A DNA stretch of 64,000 nt from Squalus acanthias (Eukaryota). The notes below the pieces were generated by a model that ran no database searches, was not told where the DNA came from, and saw only the letters and a list, made by a program, of their open reading frames with translations. Positions 1-10,819 of this stretch are shown here, piece by piece (the first letter of the stretch is position 1; each line of letters opens with the position of its first letter). Position numbers and translations under genes: made by a program. The stretch spans positions 28,832,001-28,896,000 of the forward strand of contig CM059433.1 in the NCBI GenBank assembly GCA_030390025.1. Direction: 5' to 3'.

Positions 1-1400
1 GCCTTCTCAGGTGGGCGTTAAAGATCCCATAGCACTATTCGAAGAAGAGCAGGGGAGTTCTCTCCAGTGCCATAAGAACATAGGAACAGGAGTAGGCCAT
101 TCAGCCCTTCGAGCCTGTTCCTCCATTCAATGAGATCATGGCTGATCTGTGACCTAACTCCATATACTTGCCTTTGGCCCATATCTCTTAATACCTTTGG
201 TTAACAAAAATCTATCAATCTCAGATTTAAAATTAACAATTGACCTAGCATCAATTTCCGTTTGCGGAAGAGAGTTCCAAACATCTACCACCCTTTGTGT
301 GTAGAAGTGTTTCCTAACTTCATTCCTGAAAGTCCTGGCTCTACTCTCTAGTCCTAGAATCCCCAACCAGCGGAAATTGTTTCTATCTAACCTATCAGTT
401 TCCCTTAATATCTTGAAAACTTCGATCAAATCACCCCTGAACCTTCTAAATTCCAGGGAATACAACCCTAGTTTGTGCAATCTCTCCTCGTAATTTAACC
501 TGTGGAGTCCGGGTATCATTCTGGTAAATCTACGTTGCACTCTCTCCAAGGTCAATACATCCTTCCTAAGGTGTGGTGCCCAGAAGTGCTCACAGTATTC
601 CAGGTGTGGTCTAACCAGGGCTTTGTATTGCTGTAGCATAACTTCTACCCCCTTGTATTCTAGTCCTCTAGCTATAAAAGCCAGCATTCCATTAGCCTTT
701 GATTATTTTCTGTACTTGTACATAACATTTTAATGTTCGATGAACATGAAACCCCAAGTCTCTTTGGAACGCCACTGTTTCTAGCTTTTCACCACTCTGT
801 ACTTTCCTTTTTAGGTCCAAAGAGGATGACCTCACCTTTGCCTACTGAAATCCTTTTGCCACAGTTTTGCCCATTCACTTAATCTATTAATATCTCTTTG
901 TAATTTTATGCTTCCATGCTAGTGTCCTATCATAGAAATTTACGGCACAGAAGGAGGCCATTCGGCCCATCATGTCTGTGCTGGCCGAGAAAGAGCTATC
1001 CAGCCTAATCCTACTTTGCAAGTGTTGGTCCATTGCCTTGTAGGTTACGGCACTTCAAATACATATCCAAGTACTTTTTAAATGTGATGAGTGTTTCTGC
1101 CTCTACCACCCTTTCAGGCAGTGAGTTCCAGACCCCCACCCCCTCTGGGTGAAAAAGGTTCTCCTCCACTCCCCTCTAATCCTTCTATCAATTTTTATAC
1201 TGGCCAATATTTACCCCTCAATCCCTCTCAAACAGATTATCTGGTCATTATCACATTGCTGTTTGTGGGAGCTTGCTGTGTGAAAATTGGCTGCCGCGTT
1301 TCCTACATTACAACAGTGACGACACTTCAAAAGTAATTCATTGCTTATAGAGCGCTTGGAGACGCCCAAGGCGCTAGAGAATTGCAAGACCTTGCCTTCT
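1..1400 (+). mobile_element. Deu-domain SINE (SacSINE1-like), split into 1-72 and ~1200-1400 by CR1 insertion(s)
   Basis: Deu core AAAGATCCCATAGCACTATTCGAAGAAGAGCAGGGGAG resumes at ~1200 with TGGCCAATATTTA...CAGATTATCTGGTCATTATC, as in intact copies elsewhere in the window. Confidence 0.75.
73..1199 (-). mobile_element. CR1 LINE 3' fragments (degenerate RT C-terminus plus tail)
   Basis: ORF 154..687 has YKALVRPHLEYC..FWAP, RRFRGDLIEVFKI and FYTQRVVDVWNSLP, typical of the CR1 ORF2 C-terminus. Confidence 0.85.
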
Positions 1401-1779
1401 TTATTTTGTAATATTTTGAAGGAAAGTCTAGTCAGGAGTATTTTATGATTAAAGTTTTCCCTCTTTTTGACAGAATATATCCAAGCAGAATTATGTGATG
1501 TTGTAGTAAAAAGGTCAAGTTTCATCAGGAAACCCTGCCTGAAGTAGGGTCTTTCTACTGCTAGGCGGCTCTGGTGATGGCCCTGACAATGTGTGTCCCA
1601 GAACAGAGCCACAGTAAACAGTGAGACACCCAACTTTCAATCCAGCCGGACAAACACTCAGGAGCTGCCAAGCCCAAAGGAAACCACAGTGCAAGCTGGA
1701 AAATCTATCCAGGGTTCAGGCGGCTCTACAGTAACATTCAGACCTTTTTGAAGACACGCACCTTTAAGAGGGGGGTGTT

Positions 1780-2384
1780 CCCCAATGGAGGGCTCTCTAC
1801 GCGGGAGTCTTCCCTTGTTCTATTGGGGACTTGGCCTGGAGGGTGTTGCACGGAGCAGTCCCGTGCAATAGATTGTTAAATAGGTTTACGGACTCCCAGG
1901 CCGCTTGCCATTTCTGCGGCCTGGAGGAGTCCGTTTTTCACATATACGTAGAGTGTGAGAGGTTGCAGCCCCTCTTTCATTACTTGAAGGGGCTGCTCCT
2001 CAATTTCTGGTTGCACTTCAGCCCCACGCTCCTGATCTACGGTCACCCGGTGCGGAGGGGAGCGGGCAGGTCGGAGGACCTCCTCGTGGGACTGCTCCTG
2101 GGCCTGGCTAAGAAAGCCATTAATTGGTCCAGGCAGCGGGCGGTCGAGGGGGTCGTTCGGCCCGATTGCCTGCCTCTCTTCCGCGGCCATGTTCGTGCCC
2201 GGGTGGCCCTGGAGATGGAGCACGCGGTGTCCATCGGCACGCTTGAGTTTTTCCGCAACCGGTGGGCGCCGCGGGGACTGGAGTGCATCGTCACCCCGGA
2301 CTACCAAATTTTAATTTGATTTGTTAAGTTTCCTTTAAAGTTTTACTGAGTTACAGATATTTAATTGGTTTTATCAAAAAGAGA
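1780..2384 (+). mobile_element. 5'-truncated Tx1-clade retrotransposon copy with 14-bp TSD
   Basis: Highly similar to 9061-9666; flanked by AAGAGGGGGGTGTT at 1766-1779 and 2385-2398. Confidence 0.92.
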
Positions 2385-2482
2385 AAGAGGGGGGTGTTAA
2401 ATGTGTGTGTTCTCACTTATAATTTACTCTTCAAATCAATTGGGTTGGTAGACAATGAATGGCAGATGTCACAGATTTATTT

Positions 2483-2564
2483 GAGAAGTCGCACAACACC
2501 AGGTTATAGTCCAACAGCTTTATTTGAAATCACAAGCTTTCAGAGCGCCTGACGAAGGAGCAGC
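2483..2564. mobile_element. Penelope-type terminal-repeat fragment with two broken, inverted hammerhead halves
   Basis: 2483-2547 matches ~19624-19688; it is followed by CCTGACGAAGGAGCAGC in the opposite orientation. Confidence 0.65.
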
Positions 2565-3525
2565 AGCAGCAGAGTGGTGGTCTCTGTGGCCAGGAAGAGG
2601 AGAAGGAGAAGGAGACCAGATAGCAGACCACCACCAACAACCAACACATCCACAACTGAGGTGCCTGGAGAGAGAGGACAGGAGAGGAGAAGGAAAAGAA
2701 AAGAAGGCCAAGGCCATTAACAACAGAGGAGAGGCCTTTCCACACTGCCTCCTCAATTGGCCTCCATTTTAGGAGAGGGAGAGAGGGGAGAAAAACATCA
2801 CAAACATCCATCATCTGTTTGGAAGGAGGGAGGAAGGAAAGAATATCAGCTACAGGTGGGTGTGATTCTGGTGCACTCTCCCAGAGACTTTGTTTTGTAG
2901 GTGGGGGGAGGAAAGAAGAAAAGAAGAAGGCCGGAACATCTAAGGGGTGTGTGTGTGAGTGTGTGTGGCTTCTGTAAAAGCTAGGCCGCACACACCATAT
3001 TAAACACCCCTTTCCCATTGCCTGACCTGGGACAGCTGGAGCTGCCTAGGTGAAGTTACCCAATTAATTTAATCCAATTGGGCATCGTTAAGACCTGGTG
3101 CAGGACTGAGCCTGGGCATCTCCAGCTATCCCAGGTGAAGACATCTTCTCCCCCCACCAGAAGACCACCACCAAAGACTTTTTATTACATCGGAGAGTGC
3201 ACCCCCCTGCCAACACCCACCCACCCACCATCCTGAGTGGCGACCCTGCCCTTGCGGCTTCCCTCCTTCCCACCCCCCCTCTCTCTCTCTCTCTCTTTGT
3301 CTCTTGTCTCTCTCTGCCTCTCTCTCTAAGAGGCACCTCAATCTATTTTTATCAAGTACCTATTGAGCAGAGGGGAGAAGGCCCCTCTCCCAATTAATTC
3401 ATATAAAGGGAGAGGTGTGCCTTCAATTTAAGAGCTCCCTCTGCTCAGGGAAAAAAAAACCGAGGCCATTAACACCTTCAGGCCTGTGACTTGGGGTGAG
3501 TGTAGCCCTTAAAGAACCCTCCATT

Positions 3526-5675
3526 ATGGCGAGTACATCTTCGTCGGTGGCGGGGGCAGCGAGGACGTATGCGAGCGTGGCAGCCGCGGCCACGGCCGCA
3601 GCCACGAGTCCTCCTGTTACCCCGTCACCTTTTACCCTCCTTACGAGGAAGAATGGGGTCAAGAGCTACACTCACCCCAACATGACAATAGAGGCGTGCG
3701 TAAAAGCCATGGCTGGGGTTGTCGGTCCTTCAGCCATCGTCGCCGCCTCTAAAATGTACGGCAAGGCTGTGTTCTTCCTGGGGTCGGAGCGGGCGGTGTC
3801 CCTGGCCATCGAGAAGGGGCTCACCGTGGGCGGGACCTTCCTGCCGGTGGACCCCCTTGAGGCCACCGCGCAAAGGATTGTGGTTTCCAACGTCCCGCCC
3901 TTTGTTCCGGGTGAGCTCCTCCTCCCCCACCTACGTCAACTGGGGGAGGTGAGGTCGGGGATCACACCCATCCCGCTCGGCTTCCGGGAAGCCAGCCTTC
4001 GGCACGTCTTCTCCTTCCGGCGCCAGCTTTTCGTCCGGCTGGCGCGGGAGGAGGACGCGGATGGCGCGTTCACGGTGCTCCACGGGGGGACCGCCCACCG
4101 CGTCTTCTGGACCTCGGACGGCGTGCGGTGCTACGCCTGTAAGGAGGTGGGGCACGTCCGCAAAAACTGCCCCGCCTCCAAGGCCGCCACAACACCTGGC
4201 GCGGCCAGGGTTGGCGCCGCCGCCCCCCCTCCCCCTGATACTGTCCGCGCGTCGACGGCGACGGATGCGCGGTCGAAATCGGAGGCCAACACCACCACGG
4301 CCTCCGGCGGGGAGGAGGGAGAGCGTCCGGGGGGAAGGAAGGCGCGTAGGAAAAATAAACATCTAAGGGCGGATCCCCTCGCGGAGGAAACATCGGAATT
4401 GACCGAACTCACGCCCGAGTACATCGCGGAGTTGGTCGGGACGCATGAGACTGGGGGGGTCCTCGTGCCCGGGCCCGTGACCGCAACTGCTGAGGCAGCT
4501 GAATCAAGACCTGCGGCCGGGCTCGGGCCCGAGGGGCCCAAGAAACCCAGTCGTCGGAAGGGGGCAGAGAGGGAGGCCCCAGCAGACATGGAGGCCTCCC
4601 CCTCTCCGGGCCCCAACTTATTAAAAAGAAAGCTCCGCCCCCAGCAGGAGGACTGTGAGGAGGAAGGTCCCTCCGCAAAAGGGGGGCAGTCGCCCGTCGC
4701 GGGTGCTGCGCCCCACCCCACCACCGTCATCGTCGCGCGCGATCGGCAGGGGTCGTCTGTCCCTCGGGAGGGTGAGACAGCCGAGTCTGTCCGACCTGTG
4801 CCTCCCGGGGATGGGGAAGAGACCCTGCCCGTGGGGGGGGCGCGGAACAACCCGCGGAGGGAAATGTAGAACCTGAACCGTTGCTCCTCGCCGGGTCGGG
4901 CGTCCTGGGGACTGGGGCGGGCGAGGCCAAAAAGGCTGAAGCCGAGCCCGCCTTTTATAACCCAGACATCTCCCAGGGACTGCTCGACCTGGTGGAGGAG
5001 TGTAGCAATCCCCAGCCCGCTGGGTCGGAGGTTGGTGGCGGGGAGACGGAAAGCCCCCTGACTCCGTCTCTGTTGTTGGCGCCGGACGTGCTGGAGGAAT
5101 TTGGGATTATTTTCTCCCCGGTTTCTCCGGTCGCCCCGGCGCCTGAGGCGGGGGGGGGCCCCGAACCGCCGCCGCCGCCTCCCGGCCCGGCGCCCCTGAA
5201 GGAGCCCAGGGTGGACTCCTCTGCCACCGATCCTGGGGGTGGGATCGTGACGGAGGCGGGGCCGGCCGGTGCGGCCGAGCCGTTCGCTGCACCCTGTGCG
5301 ACGGACGGGTCGGCCGCCGGTGACGACCTCCCGGAGGAGGACGGGGACTCGGTGTTGGGCGCTGAGGAAGATTTGGAGTCCATCAGCAGCGAGGCGATGG
5401 ACGCCCTCGTGCCCTTCACCGACTCTCCCCTCATCCCCGTAGGGGAACTCCGGGATTTTATGGCCGTGAGCCAGGGTCGTCATAAGAAGATCCGGCTGGC
5501 CCTCGACAAGTGGTCGGAGCTGGCGCTGCTCGTCGTGTCCGTCCGCGCCGCCGTTAAAATCATGGGCGCGGACAAGGACGTTGGCCGGCTCGAGCTGCGT
5601 CGGCTCAAGAGTTTCCACACTGGGCTGCTGAGGGAGTGGCGGTCGTCAGTGACCGCCCTCCCTCCCCTCCGTTAG
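3526..5675 (+). CDS. Tx1 ORF1 nucleic-acid-binding protein, interrupted by a -1 frameshift near the G8 tract at 4833-4840
   Basis: ATG at 3526; VSNVPPFV..HLRQLGEV RRM-like segment; zinc knuckle CYACKEVGHVRKNC; frame 1 stops at 4869 while frame 3 is open from 4776 to TAG at 5675. Confidence 0.8.
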
Positions 5676-5700
5676 GTAGAGGTTGCACTATGCTTCTGAG

Positions 5701-8700
5701 ATGAAGATAACCATAGCCAGCCTCAACATCAACGGCAGCAGGGAGGCGCGCCGTAGATTCAATAACTTCTCGGTCCTTCGGGACGGGAAATATGCGGTGT
5801 GCTTCCTGCAAGAAACCCACACCGTTCCGGGAGACGAGGCCACGTGGCTCCTGGAGTGGCAAGGAGGGGTCAGCATGAGTCACCTCTCCAACAATTCCTG
5901 CGGGGTGGCTGTCTTGCTGGCCCCGCATTTTCAGCCGGAGATCTTGAGGGTCAAGGAGCACGTGCCGGGCCGCTTGCTCCAGGTCACTGTTCGCCTGGGA
6001 GGCGTGCCGCTCCATTTAGTGAACGTGTACGCCCCCCGGACCGGTGCGCAGCAAGTGCGCTTCTTCGGAGAAGTGTCCGCTCTTCTGGGCTCCATCGACG
6101 TGGGCGAGTGCGTCATCCTCGGGGGGGATTTCAATTGTACCCTCGAGGCGCGGGACCGGTCGGGTCCCCCGCGAAGCCCGGCGGCGATGGAGAAGTTGCG
6201 GGACCTGGTCGGGTCCTTCGACTTGGTGGACGTCTGGCGAAATCTCCATCCCGACTCCAGCGCCTTCACGAGCGTGAGGTCTGGAGGAGGAAGGTCCAGA
6301 ATCGACCGCCTTTACATTTCCCGGGCGTACGTCTCCTGCGTTCCGGCGGCTTCCATGCGGCCGGTGCCGTGCACGGACCACCACCTGGTGTGGGCGGAGC
6401 TCGCTCCGCTGCGCGCGCGGGGGGGGTCCGCGTACTGGCATTTTAACAACCTGCTGCTGGAGGACGCGCGGTTCCGGGATTCGTTTCGCCGGTTCTGGGC
6501 CGACTGGAGAAGGAAGCGGGGAGGCTTCCCCTCCTTGAGGCTATGGTGGGACGTGGGCAAGGCTCACGTCCGCGTCTTCTGTCAGGAGTACGCGAAGGGG
6601 TCGACCAAGAGGCGGGAGGCCCGGGTCGGGCGATTGGAGAAAGAAGTGCTCGACCTGGAGTCCCGTCTCGGTCAGGTCGTCGAGGACCCGGCCCTGCGGA
6701 AGGTGTACGAAGAGAAGAAGGGCGCGCTGAAGGACCTGCAGCTGGTCGGGTCCCGAGGCGCGTACGTGAGGTCGCGGATCCAGTTCCTGCGGGACCTGGA
6801 CCGCGGCTCCCCCTTCTTCTACTCGCTGGAAAAAAGACGGGGGGTCCGTAAGCAGCTCTTGGGGCTGCTGGCCGACGACGGATCTCTGGTCTCGGATCCG
6901 GAGGGCATCAGCGCGGAGGCCCGGGCCTATTACGGGGCTCTGTTCTCTTCGGATCCGTCCAGCGAGGATGCGCGCAGAGTTTTGTGGGAGGACCTGCCGA
7001 AGGTCGGCCCGGAGGGCGCCGAGAATTTAGAAGCTCCGCTAAGCCTGGCGGAGCTGACCGGCGCCCTGCGCCAGCTCTCGAGGGGCAAGTCCCCGGGGCT
7101 GGACGGGCTGACCGTGGAGTTCCACAGGGCGTTCTGGGACGTCTTGGGGGACGACTACGCGCGGGTCCTGGGGGAAAGTCTGGCGACCGGGGAGATGCCC
7201 CTCTCTTGGCGCAGGGCGGTCATCGTCCTGCTGCCCAAGAAGGGCGATCTCCGCCTACTTAAGAACTGGCGCCCGGTCTCCCTCCTCAGCACGGACTACA
7301 AAATTTTCGCCAGGGCTATGTCTGCTCGCCTTGGCACCGTGCTGGCCCGCATGATCCACCCCGACCAGTCCTACACGGTCCCGGGCCGGAGTATCCACGA
7401 TAACATCCATCTGGTCCGGGACCTGGTCCACCATTCCCAGAGGGCTGGTCTGTCGGTCGCCTTCCTTTCCCTGGATCAGGAGAAGGCGTTCGACAGGGTG
7501 GATCACGAGTATCTTTTCGGGACTCTGCGCGCATTCGGGTTCGGGACGCATTTCGTCGCCCGGATCCGACTTCTGTACGCCGCCGCGGAGTGTCTGATTA
7601 AAGTTAACGGGTCTTTGACGGCGCCCCTTCGCTTCGGGAGGGGGGTGCGTCAGGGATGCCCCATGTCCGGTCAGTTATACGCCGTTTGCGTGGAGCCTTT
7701 CCTGCGCCTCTTGCGGAAGAGGTTGACGGGACTGGCTCTGCATGGGCCGGGCGTGGAGGTGGTCCTCTCGGCTTACGCCGATGACGTGCTCCTCGCGGTC
7801 ACGGATCCCGTCGACTTGCGGAGGATGCGAGAATGCCAGCAGATTTACTCGGACGCATCCTCCGCCAAGATCAACTGGGAGAAATGTTCTGGACTCCTGG
7901 TGGGCCCATGGCGGGTGGACTCCCTGCCGGAGGAGTTCGGGCCTTTCGCCTGGAGCACCACGCACCTCCTCTACCTGGGAGTCTACCTCAGCCCGGCCGA
8001 GGACGCCTGGCCGGCAAACTGGCAAGAACTGGAGGCCAAAGTCACCGCTCGCCTAGGACGCTGGACAGGACTGCTCCGAGTGTTGTCCTACAGGGGTCGA
8101 GCGCTGGTCATAAACCAGCTGGTGGCCGCCATGTTGTGGTACCGGTTGATCACTTTGATCCCTCCCCCTGCGTTTGTCGCCAAGATGCAGAAGAAGCTCG
8201 TCGACTTCTTCTGGGACAAAAGGAAGCACTGGGTCTCTGCCGCGGTTTTGAGTCTCCCGCTTAGGGAGGGCGGTCAGGCGCTGGTGTGCCTTCGCACCCA
8301 GGCGGCGACTTTCCGTCTTCAGACGCTGCAGAGATACCTGTACGTGGAGAATCCTCCTAGGTGGCGTGCGCTGGCGACGTATTTCTTCCGCCAGCTGCAC
8401 GGCCTCAATTACGACACGCAGCTCCTGTTTGTGAGAGTGGGTGGCACGCGTGCCAGCCTGCGGGAGCTGCCTGTCTTCTACCAGGAACTGCTATGGGTTT
8501 GGAACAGCGTCGCCTCCGAGCGCAGTTCTCCCCCGTCAGGAGCGGCGGCCGTCCTTCGGGAACCGCTGTTCAGGAATCCGCACCTCCACGACCGCGGGTT
8601 CGGCTGGCTGGCGGAGGGCAGGGCTGTGCCCGGTAAGGTGACCAGAGTCGGGGACCTGCTCGATGGCGGAGGAGCGGGCTGGATGGCGCCGGAGGAGTTG

Positions 8701-9600
8701 GCGAGGCGCATGTCTTGGGTCAACGTCCGGCTCGCGGTCAAAGCCATCGAGTCGCTAAAAGTGGCACTGGGCCCCGTCTCCACTAGGTGTGTCGAGGAGG
8801 CTCAAGCACGTGGGGCGATCCCGTCCGAACTGACCCCCGTTCGGACGGAATTCCTTATCGGCGCCCGGCCCCGAATCCTCCCTCGGGAGCCGCCGCCTCA
8901 CCACTTGAGCCTTCTCGGAGAAATGCCCTCCGTGCCCTTTCAATCCGCACGGAGGCGTTTCCTGTACGGGCTGCTCCTGCACACTCTCCACTTTGCCATC
9001 TTCGTCTGCCGTCCGGACACGCCTTGGCGTACCATCCTGCCGTCCGGCGGAGGCGAAGGTCCCCATTGGAAGGCTCTCTACGCGGGAGTCTTCCCTTGTT
9101 CTATTGGGGACTTGGCCTGGAGGGTGTTGCACGGAGCAGTCCCGTGCAATAGGATTTTAAGTAGGTTTACGGACTCCCAGGCTGCTTGTCATTTCTGCGG
9201 CCTAGAGGAGTCCGTCTATCACATTTATATTGAGTGTGAGAGGTTGCAGCCCCTCTTTCATTATTTGAAGGGGCTGCTCCTCAATTTCTGGTTGCACTTC
9301 AGCCCCACGCTCCTGATCTACGGTCACCCGGTGCGGAGGGGAGCGGGTAGGTCGGAGGACCTCCTCGTAGGACTGCTCCTGGGCCTGGCCAAGAAAGCCA
9401 TTAATTGGTCCAGGCAGCGGGCGATCGAGGGGGTCGTTCGGCCCGATTGCCTGCCTCTCTTCCGCGGCCATGTTCGCGCCCGGGTGGCCCTGGAGATGGA
9501 GCACGCGGTGTCCGCCGGCACGCTTGAGTTTTTCCGCGACCGGTGGGCGCCGCGGGGACTGGAGTGCATCGTCACCCCGGACTTTCAAATTTTAATTTGA
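5701..9600 (+). CDS. Tx1 ORF2: APE endonuclease + reverse transcriptase + C-terminal zinc-binding domain (1299 aa from ATG)
   Basis: MKITIASLNING, LQETH, GGDFN, RIDR, TDH (APE); KSPGLDG, NWRPVSLL, DQEKAFDRV, GVRQGCPMS, YADD (RT); CHFC..ESVYHIYIEC; no stops. Confidence 0.95.
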   Translation: MKITIASLNINGSREARRRFNNFSVLRDGKYAVCFLQETHTVPGDEATWLLEWQGGVSMSHLSNNSCGVAVLLAPHFQPEILRVKEHVPGRLLQVTVRLGGVPLHLVNVYAPRTGAQQVRFFGEVSALLGSIDVGECVILGGDFNCTLEARDRSGPPRSPAAMEKLRDLVGSFDLVDVWRNLHPDSSAFTSVRSGGGRSRIDRLYISRAYVSCVPAASMRPVPCTDHHLVWAELAPLRARGGSAYWHFNNLLLEDARFRDSFRRFWADWRRKRGGFPSLRLWWDVGKAHVRVFCQEYAKGSTKRREARVGRLEKEVLDLESRLGQVVEDPALRKVYEEKKGALKDLQLVGSRGAYVRSRIQFLRDLDRGSPFFYSLEKRRGVRKQLLGLLADDGSLVSDPEGISAEARAYYGALFSSDPSSEDARRVLWEDLPKVGPEGAENLEAPLSLAELTGALRQLSRGKSPGLDGLTVEFHRAFWDVLGDDYARVLGESLATGEMPLSWRRAVIVLLPKKGDLRLLKNWRPVSLLSTDYKIFARAMSARLGTVLARMIHPDQSYTVPGRSIHDNIHLVRDLVHHSQRAGLSVAFLSLDQEKAFDRVDHEYLFGTLRAFGFGTHFVARIRLLYAAAECLIKVNGSLTAPLRFGRGVRQGCPMSGQLYAVCVEPFLRLLRKRLTGLALHGPGVEVVLSAYADDVLLAVTDPVDLRRMRECQQIYSDASSAKINWEKCSGLLVGPWRVDSLPEEFGPFAWSTTHLLYLGVYLSPAEDAWPANWQELEAKVTARLGRWTGLLRVLSYRGRALVINQLVAAMLWYRLITLIPPPAFVAKMQKKLVDFFWDKRKHWVSAAVLSLPLREGGQALVCLRTQAATFRLQTLQRYLYVENPPRWRALATYFFRQLHGLNYDTQLLFVRVGGTRASLRELPVFYQELLWVWNSVASERSSPPSGAAAVLREPLFRNPHLHDRGFGWLAEGRAVPGKVTRVGDLLDGGGAGWMAPEELARRMSWVNVRLAVKAIESLKVALGPVSTRCVEEAQARGAIPSELTPVRTEFLIGARPRILPREPPPHHLSLLGEMPSVPFQSARRRFLYGLLLHTLHFAIFVCRPDTPWRTILPSGGGEGPHWKALYAGVFPCSIGDLAWRVLHGAVPCNRILSRFTDSQAACHFCGLEESVYHIYIECERLQPLFHYLKGLLLNFWLHFSPTLLIYGHPVRRGAGRSEDLLVGLLLGLAKKAINWSRQRAIEGVVRPDCLPLFRGHVRARVALEMEHAVSAGTLEFFRDRWAPRGLECIVTPDFQILI

Positions 9601-9782
9601 TTTATTAAGTTTCATTTAAAGTTTTAATTGATTTACAGTAAATTTGTGTTTGTCCAACCAAAAAGATCAACACTAAAAACCTTGCGAGTTTGGTCGGAGG
9701 AATCAAACGTGTTACATTTCTGAGCTTGGGATACAGGCTGCAGACCTTCCAATCCTATCTGTCCCAACACCCATTTTTTTAA

Positions 9783-10055
9783 ATAACAACAACTTGCATT
9801 TATGTTGCGTCTTTAACATAGTAAAACATCCCAAGGCTCTTCAATGGAGCGATTATCAAACAAAATTTGACGTCGAGCCACATAAGGAGATATTGGGACA
9901 GGTGGCCAAAAGCTTGGTCAAATTGGTAGGTTCTAAGGAGCATCTTAAAGGAGGAGAGAGAGGTGGAGAGGTTTAAGGAGGGAATTCCAGAGCTTAGGGC
10001 CTAGACAGCTGAAGGCACGGCCGCCAATGGTGGAGCGATGAAAATCGGGGATGTG
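9783..10055 (-). mobile_element. L2 LINE 3' fragment
   Basis: AACAACAACTTGCATTTAT tail (reverse strand) and GCCTAGACAGCTGAAGGCACGG, shared with other L2 copies here. Confidence 0.75.
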
Positions 10056-10582
10056 AGAATACCTTTTCCTTACCCCTTCTACGTGACAATCCACATATTT
10101 CTGCATGACCTAATACAACTCCATTCCAGACGAGCTTCTTCCCTTACCCCTTATCAATAACTTTAGTTTTAACAAGTTCTATTTTCCATCGACCAGCCCA
10201 ACTTCGTTATCTTAGCCATAGTTTCACTCTTGTTACTTTTCTACCACGTGAAACTTCTAATTATAAATCTGCACCATTCCCTAACAATCTCCTGCTTTCT
10301 ATAAAGCATATGCTTCCTGCTGCAGAACTTGTTATCGACTGACTAAAGTTCTCTGCACTGGAATGTCTTTTAATTAGGTTTATTGTCTGAACTAACCATT
10401 GCTTTAAGGTCAGTCTTAATTCAACAGTTCAGTGGCCAGTGCATCTAAATTGACTTATACTTCCCTACTTATCAGACAAAAGCTAAAGGTTACTCTCACT
10501 ACAATATAACGAGAAATCAATCACAGTATAACATTAGCAGACGTCAAGGCAATCTGATTAACTCTTTCCTTACAGAAACACC

Positions 10583-10819
10583 TTGGGTTGCCAACCCTCC
10601 AGGATTGCCCTGGAGTCTCCAGGAATTAAAGATTAATCTCCAGGGCACTTAAAAAATTGTGATGTTTTTTCATTTTCTTTGAACACTTTTGTTTATTAGT
10701 TTAGAAATATTGAAAATGGGGGAAAAAAACAAGGCTGTTTGATTATACAGGGCGGTTGGAGGTGGGAGGTCTTGTGAAGAAACCTCCAGGAATACGTCCA
10801 ACCAGAGTTGGCAACCCTA
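10583..10819. mobile_element. hAT-type MITE
   Basis: TIRs TTGGGTTGCCAAC / GTTGGCAACCCTA; flanking 8-mers GAAACACC / GAAACCAC (degenerate TSD). Confidence 0.65.

Larger units (their letters stand above)
2565..9666 (+). mobile_element. Near full-length Tx1-clade non-LTR retrotransposon (5' boundary uncertain)
   Basis: ~1-kb leader, ORF1 (RRM-like region + CCHC), 25-bp spacer, intact APE-RT ORF2, short T-rich 3'UTR ending AAAAAGA; CpG-rich; no TSD found. Confidence 0.9.

Noticed and set aside
2548..2564. Functional hammerhead at the Tx1 5' end
   Set aside because: The plus strand lacks GCUCC-GAAA and the minus strand lacks CUGANGA, so neither is complete in cis.
3278..3327. (CT)n tract as a Kibi-type Tx1 target site
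   Set aside because: No matching microsatellite or TSD at the 3' end (9666), and the truncated copy's TSD is unrelated.
4131..5618. 495-aa antisense ORF and other overlapping ORFs in Tx1
   Set aside because: Expected shadow ORFs of GC-rich coding sequence; no domain motifs.
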